The notes beneath the pieces were generated by a model that did not search any database, was not told the origin of the DNA, and was given only the letters and a program-made list of their open reading frames with translations. DNA of 64,000 nt, from positions 1 to 64,000 of the forward strand of contig JADEYG010000006.1 of assembly GCA_016906335.1 (NCBI GenBank), in the 5' to 3' direction. Shown in pieces: positions 13,813 through 26,817 of this stretch. The first letter of the stretch is position 1; the number at the start of each line of letters is the position of its first letter. Position numbers and translations under genes: made by a program. This DNA comes from Novakomyces olei (lineage: Eukaryota).

Positions 13813-13884
13813 TATTTTATAGTTAAATAGGTATAACATAATACTTCTAATATTATATTATAGGTTCGAGTCCTATTGAAATAA
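13813..13884 (+). tRNA. trnR: tRNA-Arg(UCU)
   Basis: Arm taata-cttctaa-tatta; T arm atagg-ttcgagt-cctat. Confidence 0.9.
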
Positions 13885-14095
13885 GAAATAAGAAATAAGT
13901 AATAAATACCTTTAACTATATTAAATATATTAATATATAATAATTCATAATAAATAAATATATTAATTATATATTAAAAATACTAAATATATTAATAATA
14001 TATCTTATTATTTATTTATATAATATAATATAATATAATATCAAAGTCTTTAAAATACATATAAATATATATATAAATATCAAAGTCTTTAAAAT

Positions 14096-14180
14096 ACATA
14101 TAACATATAACATATACATATAACATATAACATATACATATAACATATAACATATACATATAACATATAACATATACGTA
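14096..14180. repeat. 20-nt tandem repeat (taacatataacatatacata) x4
   Basis: Directly visible periodicity. Confidence 0.85.
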
Positions 14181-14399
14181 TATTATACTTAATATTATAT
14201 TAATTTATAGTTAGTTATAATAGTATTAATAATAATATATAATAATATATGAAATATATAATTATTATATACAAATATATAAGATATGAATATATATAAA
14301 TATATAAATATATTTAATATAATATATTTACTTTACAGTAGGTATATAATATATAATTAATAATTTAATATTGATAAATATAAATATTAAATAATATAA

Positions 14400-17300
14400 T
14401 ATAATATATTGCATATATTATATTCACTATATTAAAGTTTATAAAATATAAAAACATTAGATTTATTTATACATTTATATTATAGTTTATAATATCAAAT
14501 ATCTAAATATAATATATATATCTTATAATATCAAATATCTAAATAATATATATATATATTAACTATATAATAGTAACATTTAATATACATATACATATAA
14601 TATTTAATACTTATATAACATTTAATATACATATAACATTTAATATAAATATTAATATCAAAGTCTTTAAAATACATTTAATATACATTTAATATACATA
14701 TCTACAATATATAATATAGTTTATTTAATAATATAGTATATTTAATAATATAGTATATTTAATATAATATATTTTAGTTTATTTAATATATTATTATATT
14801 TAATATAATATATAATACTTTTAAAATAAGTATATTACTATTAATAATAACTTATAAATAATATTTAATATTAAATATATGGTATTTATTATATAATAAA
14901 AAATGTACTATTCTATTAAGTAGGATATATCTATCCTTTGTAATCAATAATGTATAATATTAGTAAAACATTAATATAATCTTGATAAACATAGCATAGC
15001 ATAGGTAAAAACTTGTTAAATATTAGTATAATATATAAATATATTGATATAGATATATAAATATATAAATATATAGGTATAGGTAGATATAGATATATAA
15101 TATATATATAATAATAATAGATATAGATAGATAGATATAGATAATAATATATAATATAGATATAGATAATAATATAATAATATATATAAATAATATAATA
15201 TATAATATAAATAATATAATATATAATATAAATAATATAATATATAATATATATAAGTATAATAATATATAAATATAATATCTACTGATATAATAGAATA
15301 TATATATATATTATATAATAATTATACATAATATAATATCTAGTAATATAATATATTACATATATTATATCTAATAATAATAGATAAATATAAAACATTA
15401 GATAATATTATACTTAATAATTAATATATATAATATAATAATATACCCTTATAATTAATATATTATAATATAATATATCTTATATATATATATAATATCT
15501 TATAAATAAATAATATAAGTATAAGTATATAATAATAAGTATATATACATTACTATAATAAGTATATACATAAATATATAATAAGATATACATATAATAG
15601 ATATAAATAATATATTAAATATATAACCAATATATATTAAATATAAATAATATTATAATAAATATAATATTACATGTATAATATAAATAATATATAAACA
15701 TATAAATATATAAATATATAAATATAAAGTTTATATGTTAAACATCATTTAACCATACCTGAACTATAATATTAAAGAATATACAATATATTTATTTATA
15801 GTAATAATATTAAAGAATATACAATATATTTATTTATAGTAATAAAATAATTAATTATATATATATACAACATATACATATATTAATTTATATATATATA
15901 CATATTAATTTATATATACATATTAATAAATAATATATTTAATATAATAATATATTCTTAAATATAAAAGTAATATATATTAAAATAATTAATAATTATA
16001 GTTATAATAATAATAATTAATATTATTATAGTAATAATTTAAAGATAATTATAATAAATAATATCAAATAATATAATATATGTAATATATTATATCTAAT
16101 AATAATATATAAAGTATAAAACATTTGTTATTATAATTAATTATATCTATAAATTATAAATATATTATTAATAAAATAATAATAATTTATATAAATTATA
16201 TTTATATATAATATACATATACATATAATATACATAGTTAATATTTTATATACATATATAATATCCATAGTTAATATTTTATATACATACTAAATATTTA
16301 GTACATATATATAATATAGATATATTTTATATAGATATTAATATATAATATAGATATATATATATATAATATATATAAAGATATAAAGATGTAATATACA
16401 TATATAAATATAATATAGATATATAAAATATTAAATAAATATATTAAATATAGTATATATATTAAATATAAATCTAAATATAATATATTAATATAATCCA
16501 GTAAATATAATTCAACCATACTTGAATAATAATATTAAAGAACTTATTAAATATAATAATATATTAAACATAATAATTTATTAAATAATATAATATAGAT
16601 AAATATATAAAATATATTAAATATCATAATTTATATATATAATTATAATTCTAATTGTTATAATTATAATTTATATTGTTATTATATAAATTATCCATTA
16701 ACTATAATTATATAATAAATCTAATAAAATAATATAATATATTGCATATATTATATCTAATAATAATAAATAAATATAAAAACATTTGATATTTTATTTA
16801 TTAATAATATTTATATTTATTAATAATATATAATTTAACTATAAATATATAAATATATAATATAGATATATAAATATGATATATGATATATAATATATAT
16901 ATATATAATATTAAAATAAATATATCTTTTCTATTATTTACAATAGATAAATATATTAAATATAATAAATATAAAATAATATAAAATAAATATAAATAAA
17001 AAATATAAATAAATTTAAAGTCTTTGATTATATTAATAAGAATCAATATATAATTTAAAAGATCTTAGATTATATATAATATATATAAATTATAAATTAA
17101 CATTACCTTTCCTTTATAGTAAATTATAAACTATATTAAATAATATATATTATAATATACTTAATATAATATACTTTATATTAAATATTAAATATAATAT
17201 ATTAAATATTTAATATTTAATAATATAATCTAATATAATCTAATATACATATACTTTTATATTAAATAAAATAATATAAAGTTAATATCTAATCTAATAT

Positions 17301-18440
17301 ATTAAATAAAATAATATAAAGTTAATATATAATATATATAATAATAATGTATATTAAATATATATATATATAATATTTAGATAATATACTTTATCTATAA
17401 AGTTAATAAATATAATATCAAATAATATAATATATTGCATATATTATATCTAATAGTTATAGATATATGTATAAAAACATTAGATATTTTAATAAAATAT
17501 ATAAATAATATATACAAATATATATATACATATAAATAATATATTTATAAATATAAATATAATATCTATAAACTAATAAATATAAAATATAAATAAATTT
17601 AAAGTCTTTGATATAATATAAAATATAAATAAATTTAAAGTCTTTGATATAATATTAATTATAAATAAATTTAAAGTCTTTGATATAATATTAATAAGAA
17701 TCTATATATTATTTAAGAAATATTAAATTAGATTTAATATAATAAATAATAATATATAATATAATATAATATAATATATTAAATATAATATATATAAGAT
17801 AATATTAATAGTATAAATAACATTATATAAATATAATATATATATATATTTTAATAAGTAATAAATAATAAATAATAAATAATAATATATAAATATTAAA
17901 TATATATAAAGATATAAATATTATTATTCTATAAAGATAGAATGATAGTAGGAGCAAAAATAATAACTATAAAAATAATAGTTATGTAAATAATTATATA
18001 AATAAAAATAATTATATAAATAAAAATAATTATATAAATAAAAATAATTATATAAATAAAAATAATTATATAAATAAAAATAATTATATAAATTTTTTGC
18101 ACCATAACTTATGTTTATATTAAAACTATATTTTATAGACTCATCATATATTTTATAGATTTATCTATTATCATATATATATTAAATATATATATATATT
18201 AATTATTTATATTTATAATATTATACTTTATATAATATATTATTAATATATCAAATCAAATACTTAATATTTTATACAATATACAATATAACAATATAAT
18301 ATAACAATATATTTAATATTAAATAAAATAATATAATACTTAATATAAGTTAAGTTATATATATTATAATATATATAATATATTACATATATTATATCTA
18401 ATATCTATATAAAGATATATAAAAACATTAGATTTATTTA
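14400..18440 (+). repeat. Six degenerate units spaced ~660-950 nt apart, marked by atattgcatatattatatctaata...taaaaacattagat
   Basis: Motif pair at ~14406, 15353, 16078, 16739, 17432, 18379. Confidence 0.7.
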
Positions 18441-19402
18441 ATTAAATTAAATTAGATTAATAACTTATAAAACTATTAATTAAAACTATATTAATATTTT
18501 AAAGTTATTATTAAATATAATAATATATAATAATATATAATAATATATAATAATATTTAATAATATATAATAATATTTAATATAAGCTTATTATTATATC
18601 ATAATAATATATTTGATATATATATATATATATATATAATTATTATAATAATATAATATATAATAATAATATATTTAATATAATTATAATATAAGATATA
18701 TATATAATAATGATAGTAATAATATATAAGTTTATAAAATAATACATATATTAAATATATGTATATGTATATAATATAAATATAAATATAAATATTAATA
18801 ATTAATATATAAATATAAATATAAATATTAATATAAATATAAATATAAATTATAGAGATATATAATTAAATATATAAATATAAATATAAATATAAATTAT
18901 AGAGATATATAATTAAATATATAACTTGATATCTGGTGAAAAAAATTTATATCTAAAATTTTTGCACCTACTTTAATATAACATTTATAATATTTTATTC
19001 ATTAACTATATACAAATATTTTATTTATTATTTATTAAACTTAATATAAATACTTTATTAAAACTTAATATAAATACTTAATTAATAATTAACAATGATC
19101 AATTTATATAATTATTTATTTTTAAAATAAAATAAAAGTTTTTAAAATAAAATAAAATAAAATAAAAGTTTTTAAAATAAAATAAAATAAAATACAATAA
19201 ATACATTATCATTATCATTATCATTATCATTATCATTATGATTATCATTATTATTATCATTATGATTATCATTATGATCATATATATAATATATATATAT
19301 AATTTAATTAAATAATAGGTTTTAAATAAAAATATATATAATTATTTATTAATTTTAACAATAAATTAAATACAATTACTAATAATTATATTTAATACTA
19401 AT

Positions 19403-20660
19403 AAATAAACATTATAGTATTAATTAATCTTTAATTATGGTGCAAAAAAATATTTATTATTTTTTAATATTATTTATAATAATCATATTATTTATAATAA
19501 TCATATTATTTATAATACTAAACTAATATCATTAATTATATTAAATATTATCCATTAATTATATTAAATCAAATATTATCATTAATTATCATTAATTATA
19601 TCGAATATATTATAATTATTATATATTTAATATAATATATAATATATAACTTATTTTAAAATAAAAGTTTTAATATTTAATAATGGTTTTAATTAATAAA
19701 TAAAATATAGTAATTTATTTTTTTATAATATTTTAAAGAAGTCTTAGTCTATAATATATTTAATATTTAATATAATATATTTAATATAATATAATATAAT
19801 AAAATAAACATTATAGTATTAATTAATCTTTATTTAAAAGCATTAAGTATATTTATAATTATAATTATTTTATAATCTTATTAAAATATTATTATTTATT
19901 ACTATGATCTAATACTAGATATTATTAATATTATTTAATAATATAATATTATCCAATTATTATATATAATATAATAATAATAATAATCTATTTAATAATT
20001 TAATGATATTATATTTTTACAAACTAAACTAAAATAAAATAAAATAAAATAAAAGTTTTTAAAATAAAATAAAATAAAATAAAATAAAATAAAATAAAAT
20101 AAAATAAAATAAAAGTTTTTAAAATAAATTAAATTAAATTAAATTAAACTTTAATAAATTTATATTAATAATTTAAGATATGTTTAAATAAACATTATAT
20201 TAATAATTTAAGATATGTTTAAATAAACATTATAATATTAATTAGTCTTTATTTAAAAGCATTAAGTATTTATTTATATTATATATAACTTATATTAAAA
20301 TTAAAAAGTAGATTATATTAAATATAATATAATATAATATAATAAAGTTTATACAATTATATATATATATTAATATAAATATAAGATATATATTAAACTA
20401 TAGATAATTTATTAATATTATTGTTAATATATATATTATATTAAATATTAAATATTAAATATATTATATGTATATTATATTGTAATTAAATATTATGAAA
20501 TATTATTAAATATATTATTAAATATTATGTAATATTAAATATTATCATTAAATATATATATATATATATATTTAGTATAATATAATATATAATAAACATT
20601 AAATATTAATTAATCTTTATATCTGGTGCAAAAAATTTAAAATTTAAATTTTTTATATTA
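19403..20660 (+). repeat. Four units spaced ~400 nt apart, marked by aataaacattatagtattaattaatcttta
   Basis: Copies at ~19405, 19803, 20222, 20591. Confidence 0.7.
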
Positions 20661-21075
20661 TTTATATATTACAAACTTTTATATCATATATATAATATAT
20701 GTAATATATTATATATATCCATTATATCTTTATTTATTGATTGGTTAATATACAATATTATTAAATATACATACATATCTATAATAATAATCTATTATTA
20801 TATTATTATACTATTTCAATATATATATATATACACATATATATAATATATCTATATTATATAATTAATATTTTATTTATAAGATTTTATTAAATATATT
20901 TATAATTAATTATTTTATATATATTTTTCTATAACTATATAATGGTTTATATTAAATATTATTATTATTAAAGATATTATTATTAAGAATATTATTATTA
21001 AAAATATTATATAATATTAATTGTTATTATTATTATTATCATTTATTTAATATATTTTAATATGTATATATAGAA

Positions 21076-21151
21076 GAGAAATTAGTCAAGTTTGGTTTAA
21101 GGCATTATCTTTACACGATAACATACATAGGTTCAAATCCTGTATTTCTCA
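21076..21151 (+). tRNA. trnV: tRNA-Val(UAC)
   Basis: Acceptor gagaaat/atttctc; arm ttatc-tttacac-gataa. Confidence 0.92.
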
Positions 21152-21568
21152 AATATTATAGTTAATTTTATTAATTATAAATTTATTATAATACTTTAAA
21201 ATATAATAAATATAATTAATAATTATAATAAATTATAATGTTAAAATAATTAATTAATAATAGTAGCTTATATTAAAATTAATATTATATGATATTTTAT
21301 CATTTAATATTTAATATAAAAGTTATAAATTATATATTATTATTTTATATTATTAAATAAAAATATAGAAGGTTTTATAAGTTAATAAAAACAAAACTTA
21401 TATATTTTAAAATATATATTATAGATATATATATTATTATATTATATTTAATAATATTTAATAATAATTATATATTTTATTTAGAAATGTTTAAAATAAT
21501 AAAGTATAATATATTTATATTTTATTTATAAAACAATTCAATTATTATAAAATTTATAAATAATTTAA

Positions 21569-21715
21569 ATGCCACAATTAAATCCAGCATATTTTAATAA
21601 TTTAATTATATTTGGTTTATTATTATTATTATTATTAGTATATATTAGTAGTTATTATATTTTACCATCTATTTTAAAATTATATTTAAGTAGAAAATAC
21701 ATTAGCAAATTATAA
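21569..21715 (+). CDS. atp8: ATP synthase subunit 8 (48 aa; too short for the ORF track)
   Basis: MPQLNPAYFNNLIIFGLLLLLLLVYISSYYILPSILKLYLSRKYISKL; diagnostic MPQL start; lies upstream of atp6. Confidence 0.96.
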   Translation: MPQLNPAYFNNLIIFGLLLLLLLVYISSYYILPSILKLYLSRKYISKL

Positions 21716-22014
21716 TTAATTTATAATTATTTTAAATAAAATTAATAAAAGATTTAATAAAGTTAATATAAATCTTTTTCTATATAATTATTATTATATA
21801 ATATAATTATAATTATAATATATAATTATAATAATATATAGTTTTTAAATAAATAAAGTTTATAAAATAAAAGTCAATAATATTATAAAAATATTATTAT
21901 TATAATAATTATAATAATTATAATAAATATAATTAAATATATAATAATATAAAATATATTATAATATAATATTAGATAATTTTATAAATAAATAAATAAA
22001 TAATATAAATAAGA

Positions 22015-22815
22015 ATGTCAAATAATATAATAATAAGTTCACCATTAGAACAATTTGAGATAATAAATTATATAGGAATAGATGCACCAATATTATTTAA
22101 TCAAAGTTTATATATAACAAATTATAGTTATCATTTAATATTAAGTATAATATTCATAACATTTTTTAATATGATATATACAAGTAATAATAATAAATAT
22201 GGATTATATAATCATAATTTAATAAGTAATAAATTAAGTATAGTAAATGAATCAGTATATATGACAGCAGAGAACTTAGTTACAGGTCAAATGGGAAATA
22301 ATAAGAAATATACAATATATTTACCATTAATATATTCATTATTTACATTAATATTAATTGGTAATTTTGTAGGTATGATACCATATTCATTTAGTATAAG
22401 TTCACATTTAATATTTACATTAGGTATGAGTATAACAATATTAATAGCAGTAACTATAATTGGTTTTGAAACTCATGGTATAAAATTCTTTTCTTTCTTT
22501 GTACCATCTGGTACTCCTTTAGCTTTAGTACCTTTATTAGTTTTAATTGAATTTGTTTCATATATTGCTAAAGGTTTAAGTTTAGGTATAAGATTAGGTG
22601 GTAATATTATTAGTGGACATTTATTATTACATATTATTAGTGGGTTTATTTTACAATTTATGAAATCAGGTATAATTGGTTTCATATTTAGTTTATTACC
22701 TTTAACTATTTTAATATTAATGTTTGGTTTAGAATTAGCTATTAGTTATATGCAAGCTTATGTTTTCGCTATATTAACTAGTATCTATATCTCTGATTCT
22801 ATTAATTTACACTAA
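22015..22815 (+). CDS. atp6: ATP synthase subunit a (6)
   Basis: SPLEQF, PSGTPLALVPLL, LGIRLGGNI, QAYVF. Confidence 0.98.
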   Translation: MSNNIIISSPLEQFEIINYIGIDAPILFNQSLYITNYSYHLILSIIFITFFNMIYTSNNNKYGLYNHNLISNKLSIVNESVYMTAENLVTGQMGNNKKYTIYLPLIYSLFTLILIGNFVGMIPYSFSISSHLIFTLGMSITILIAVTIIGFETHGIKFFSFFVPSGTPLALVPLLVLIEFVSYIAKGLSLGIRLGGNIISGHLLLHIISGFILQFMKSGIIGFIFSLLPLTILILMFGLELAISYMQAYVFAILTSIYISDSINLH

Positions 22816-23159
22816 TTTATTATCTTATTTATTCTCATATATTATTATTATTATTAAAATATACTAAATATAAATATAAATATTAATATAAATATATATA
22901 ATATAAATAAATATTATTTAATATTATATTAAATATTAAATATAAAGTTTTTAAAATATATTTAAATATAATAATAATATATAATTTATAGATAAATCTA
23001 TAAAATATTAAATAATATAAAATATATTTTAATATAAAACATTAGATAATATAAAATATATTTTAATATAAAATATTAAGTAATATAAAATATATCAAAG
23101 TCAATAAAAATAATATCTATTATTTTTAATTTAACTTAACTTGCTAAAATAGCAAAATA

Positions 23160-23233
23160 GGTAATTATAGTTAAATAGGTTATAACAATCAATTGTGGTT
23201 TGATTATTTACAGTTCAAATCTGTATTTTTACC
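23160..23233 (+). tRNA. trnH: tRNA-His(GUG) with encoded G-1
   Basis: Arm atcaa-ttgtggt-ttgat; T arm tacag-ttcaaat-ctgta. Confidence 0.88.
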
Positions 23234-23251
23234 CTTAATAATTATAATAAT

Positions 23252-23309
<58 letters not shown>

Positions 23310-23541
23310 TTAAATATACTATATTATATGATATCATATCATATGATATCATATCATATCATTAAAAAGTATATTAATATATTAATAATATTATAGATAA
23401 TATATAATAATAATAATAATAATAATAGTTAATATATTTAAATCAAATCAAATCAAATCAAATCAAATCAAATCAAATCAAAGTTTTTATATTATAATAA
23501 TAATAATATATAATAATATATAATAATATTATAATATATTA

Positions 23542-23613
23542 GACCTTATCGTATAACGGTAAATACTTTGTACCTTCAATGCAAAAATCTCGGTTCAACT
23601 CCGAGTAAGGTTA
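23542..23613 (+). tRNA. trnE: tRNA-Glu(UUC)
   Basis: Acceptor gacctta/taaggtt as in yeast mitochondrial tRNA-Glu; arm ttgta-ccttcaa-tgcaa. Confidence 0.88.
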
Positions 23614-23615
23614 TA

Positions 23616-23649
<34 letters not shown>

Positions 23650-23741
23650 TATATATATATATTTTATTTATATAAAAGTTTTAGTTATTATAAAAACTTT
23701 ATATTTTTATAAAAAATAAAAGTATAAGCTTGTCTATTTAA

Positions 23742-23774
<33 letters not shown>

Positions 23775-23803
23775 ATATTATATAAATAATATATAAATAG
23801 ATA

Positions 23804-23878
23804 TGCAACTTAGTGTAATTAGGTATAACATAATTAACTCATTATTAATAGATTTAGGTTCAAATCCTAAAGTTGTAT
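23804..23878 (+). tRNA. trnM: tRNA-Met(CAU), probably the initiator
   Basis: Acceptor tgcaact/agttgta resembling yeast mitochondrial fMet; arm attaa-ctcatta-ttaat. Confidence 0.85.
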
Positions 23879-23954
23879 TATATATAATAATAATAATAAT
23901 AATAATAAATATATAAATTATATATATGTATATATTATAATTAAATATAAAATA

Positions 23955-24026
23955 AAAGGTATAATTTAATTGGTAGAATAAATGATTCCAAATCTTTTCG
24001 TGATAGTTCAAGTCTGTCTGCCTTTG
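23955..24026 (+). tRNA. trnW: tRNA-Trp(CCA)
   Basis: Acceptor aaaggta/tgccttt, G discriminator; arm aatga-ttccaaa-tcttt with CCA at 23988-23990. Confidence 0.9.
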
Positions 24027-24179
24027 TTAATTATAATTAATTATATTATTTCTTTAATATATAAATATAAATATATTTAATAATGTATTTAATAATAATA
24101 AAGAGATAATAAATAAATAAAAATACTTTTTTTTGTATTATTATTATTATTATAAATAAAATAGATTAATAAATCTATA

Positions 24180-24251
24180 GATTATTTAATTTAATGGTAA
24201 GAATGTTAACTTGATAAGTTATTAGCATTGGTTCGATTCCAATAATAATCA
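24180..24251 (+). tRNA. trnI: tRNA-Ile(GAU)
   Basis: Acceptor gattatt/aataatc; loop ttgataa. Confidence 0.9.
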
Positions 24252-24648
24252 TAATAATAATTATAATAATAATAATATATAATTTATAAAGATATATAAA
24301 TATAAATATCAAAGTTTTTAATAAAATATAAATAAATTTATTAATTAAATTAATATTATTATTTTCTTATATTTATTTCATTTTTATAAATAATATATAA
24401 ATATTAATATTTATATTAATATAATAATAAATTATTTAATATTAATATAATAATAAATTATTTAATATTAATATAATAATAAATTATTTAATATTAATTG
24501 TACTGTAGTCTATGTCTTATATTATAATAATTATTTTAATAATATTTATAATATATGTATATGTATATGTATATATATATATCTAATCTATATAATAATT
24601 ATAGTATATATATATATATATAAATAATATAAATAATATAAATATAAA

Positions 24649-25335
24649 ATGGAAAATATATTAACATTAGTAAATCATGGTATAAATAATTCAATATTAA
24701 TATTATCAATAACATCAATAATATTTAGTTATTTAGTAATAAGTACAAAGAATTCAGTAATATCAGTATTATATTTAATAGTATTATTTACAAATATAAG
24801 TATATATTTATTATTATTAGATTATACTTTTATAGGTTTAAGTTTAATAATAGTTTATATAGGTGCAATAGCTATATTATTTTTATTTGTAATAATGTTA
24901 TTAGATATATCTAAATTAGATATAGATATTAATAATGATAATAATAATATAAATATAAAAAAATCAAATGTAATAATATCTATATTATTATTATTAGTAT
25001 TAGCACCATTATATTTAATATTAAATTATAATTATAATATTACAAATATTAATAATCTATGGTTTTTATTTATATTAAATTTACCACTATTATTAATATA
25101 TAATATAAAAAATAATAGTTTATCTTTATTTAATAATTCAGATATATTAAATAATAATAATAATAATATATTAGATAATATTGATTATATATGAAATAAT
25201 AGTTTTATATCTATTATTGATTTACAATCTTTAGGTTATGTTATATTTAATATTTATCCTATAGCTTTCTTTATTATAGGTTTATTATTATTAATAGCTA
25301 TGATTGGATCAATTATTATAGTTAATAATAAATAA
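24649..25335 (+). CDS. nad6: NADH dehydrogenase subunit 6 (TGA at 25192 read as Trp)
   Basis: KNSVISVLYL, VYIGAIAILFLFVIMLL; after the TGA, LQSLGYVIF...LLLIAMIGSI. Confidence 0.95.
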
Positions 25336-26351
25336 TTAATATTATATAATAATAATAATAATTATATTTAATATATATAAATAATCTTTAATATAAATAA
25401 TCTTTAATATAAATAAATATATTTATATTTATATTTATACTAATATTTATATATATATATATATATAAATAGTTGAAAATAAATTAAATTAATATTTATT
25501 AAATACTTATTAATAAATTAAATAATATAATATATTATTAAATATACTCTTATTTATAATTTATTATTTTATATATAATTAATGATATTATAAATATAAA
25601 ATACTTTTCTAGTGAAAAAAAATAATATTTAATTTTTTTATTTATTTATATTTATATTTATATTAAAATAAATTATCTTTGCTTTGATATACATTTAGAT
25701 TAATAGCAGCAGCTATGATTTATTAATAATATTCTAATTAATATTTTATAAATATATATTTTATTTAACATTTTATATTAAATATTAAATATTATATACA
25801 TATATACAATAATATATTAGTAAATATTTGATAGTGTTTGTTAGATATTATAAGATATATAAAATAATATATTAGTAGATATTTGATAGTATTTATTAAA
25901 TATTATAAGATATATAAAACCTTATATATTTATATTAGTATTTAATAATATTAAATATTTATAATATTAATTATTACTACTAAAATATAATATTAAATAT
26001 ATTTATAATTCAGTATATATTTATTTATAATTAAGTATATATTTCAAAGTCAATAAGTAGTATATATAAATATAAAATATTAAATAATAAATATTATTAT
26101 AAATGTTTTTATAATGTTAAATAATAAATAGTATAATAAAAGTTAAATAATATAATAAAAGTTAAATAATATAATAAAAGTTAAATAATATAATAAAAGT
26201 TAAATAATAAATAGTATTATAAATGTTAACTACTTATTGGTGCAAAAAAATTTAATTATTAAATTTTTTCACCGGAACCTGTACTTACAAATTAGCTATA
26301 GATTTATATAAATATTATAGAATATTATATTAAATTATCAAATGTTTTAAT

Positions 26352-26383
<32 letters not shown>

Positions 26384-26817
26384 TAAATAATAATAATAAA
26401 ATATTTATAAATAATATTCAATAATAAATTTAATTTAAAAGTATAAAATATTTAATTTAATAATAATATATATATATATATAACCAATATATAAAATTAA
26501 ACATAAAATAAAATATAATTAATAATACTTTATATTAATATTATATTTATTAAATAATTATAATTATAATTTAATTAAATTTAATTATATTATATTATAT
26601 TATATATATGATAAAGTAATTAAATATCAAATAAAATAATAATATATTTATATTTATATTTATTTTATAAATTAATTATAATATTTAAGAATAAATATTA
26701 AATATATAGAATTTATTAATTATATATAATAATTAATAATAATAATAATAAATAATAATAGTTTATAATTTTTATTATTAAATTTAATAATAAAATAAAT
26801 AAAAGTTTGTAAAATAA

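Noticed and set aside
23193-23396. ORF with a poly-Ile tract
   Set aside because: It starts inside tRNA-His and runs through an (ATA)n microsatellite.
23542-23613. Reading the loop ccttcaa as a UCA (Trp) anticodon
   Set aside because: Stem pairing ttgta/tgcaa centres TTC, and the acceptor stem matches yeast mitochondrial tRNA-Glu.
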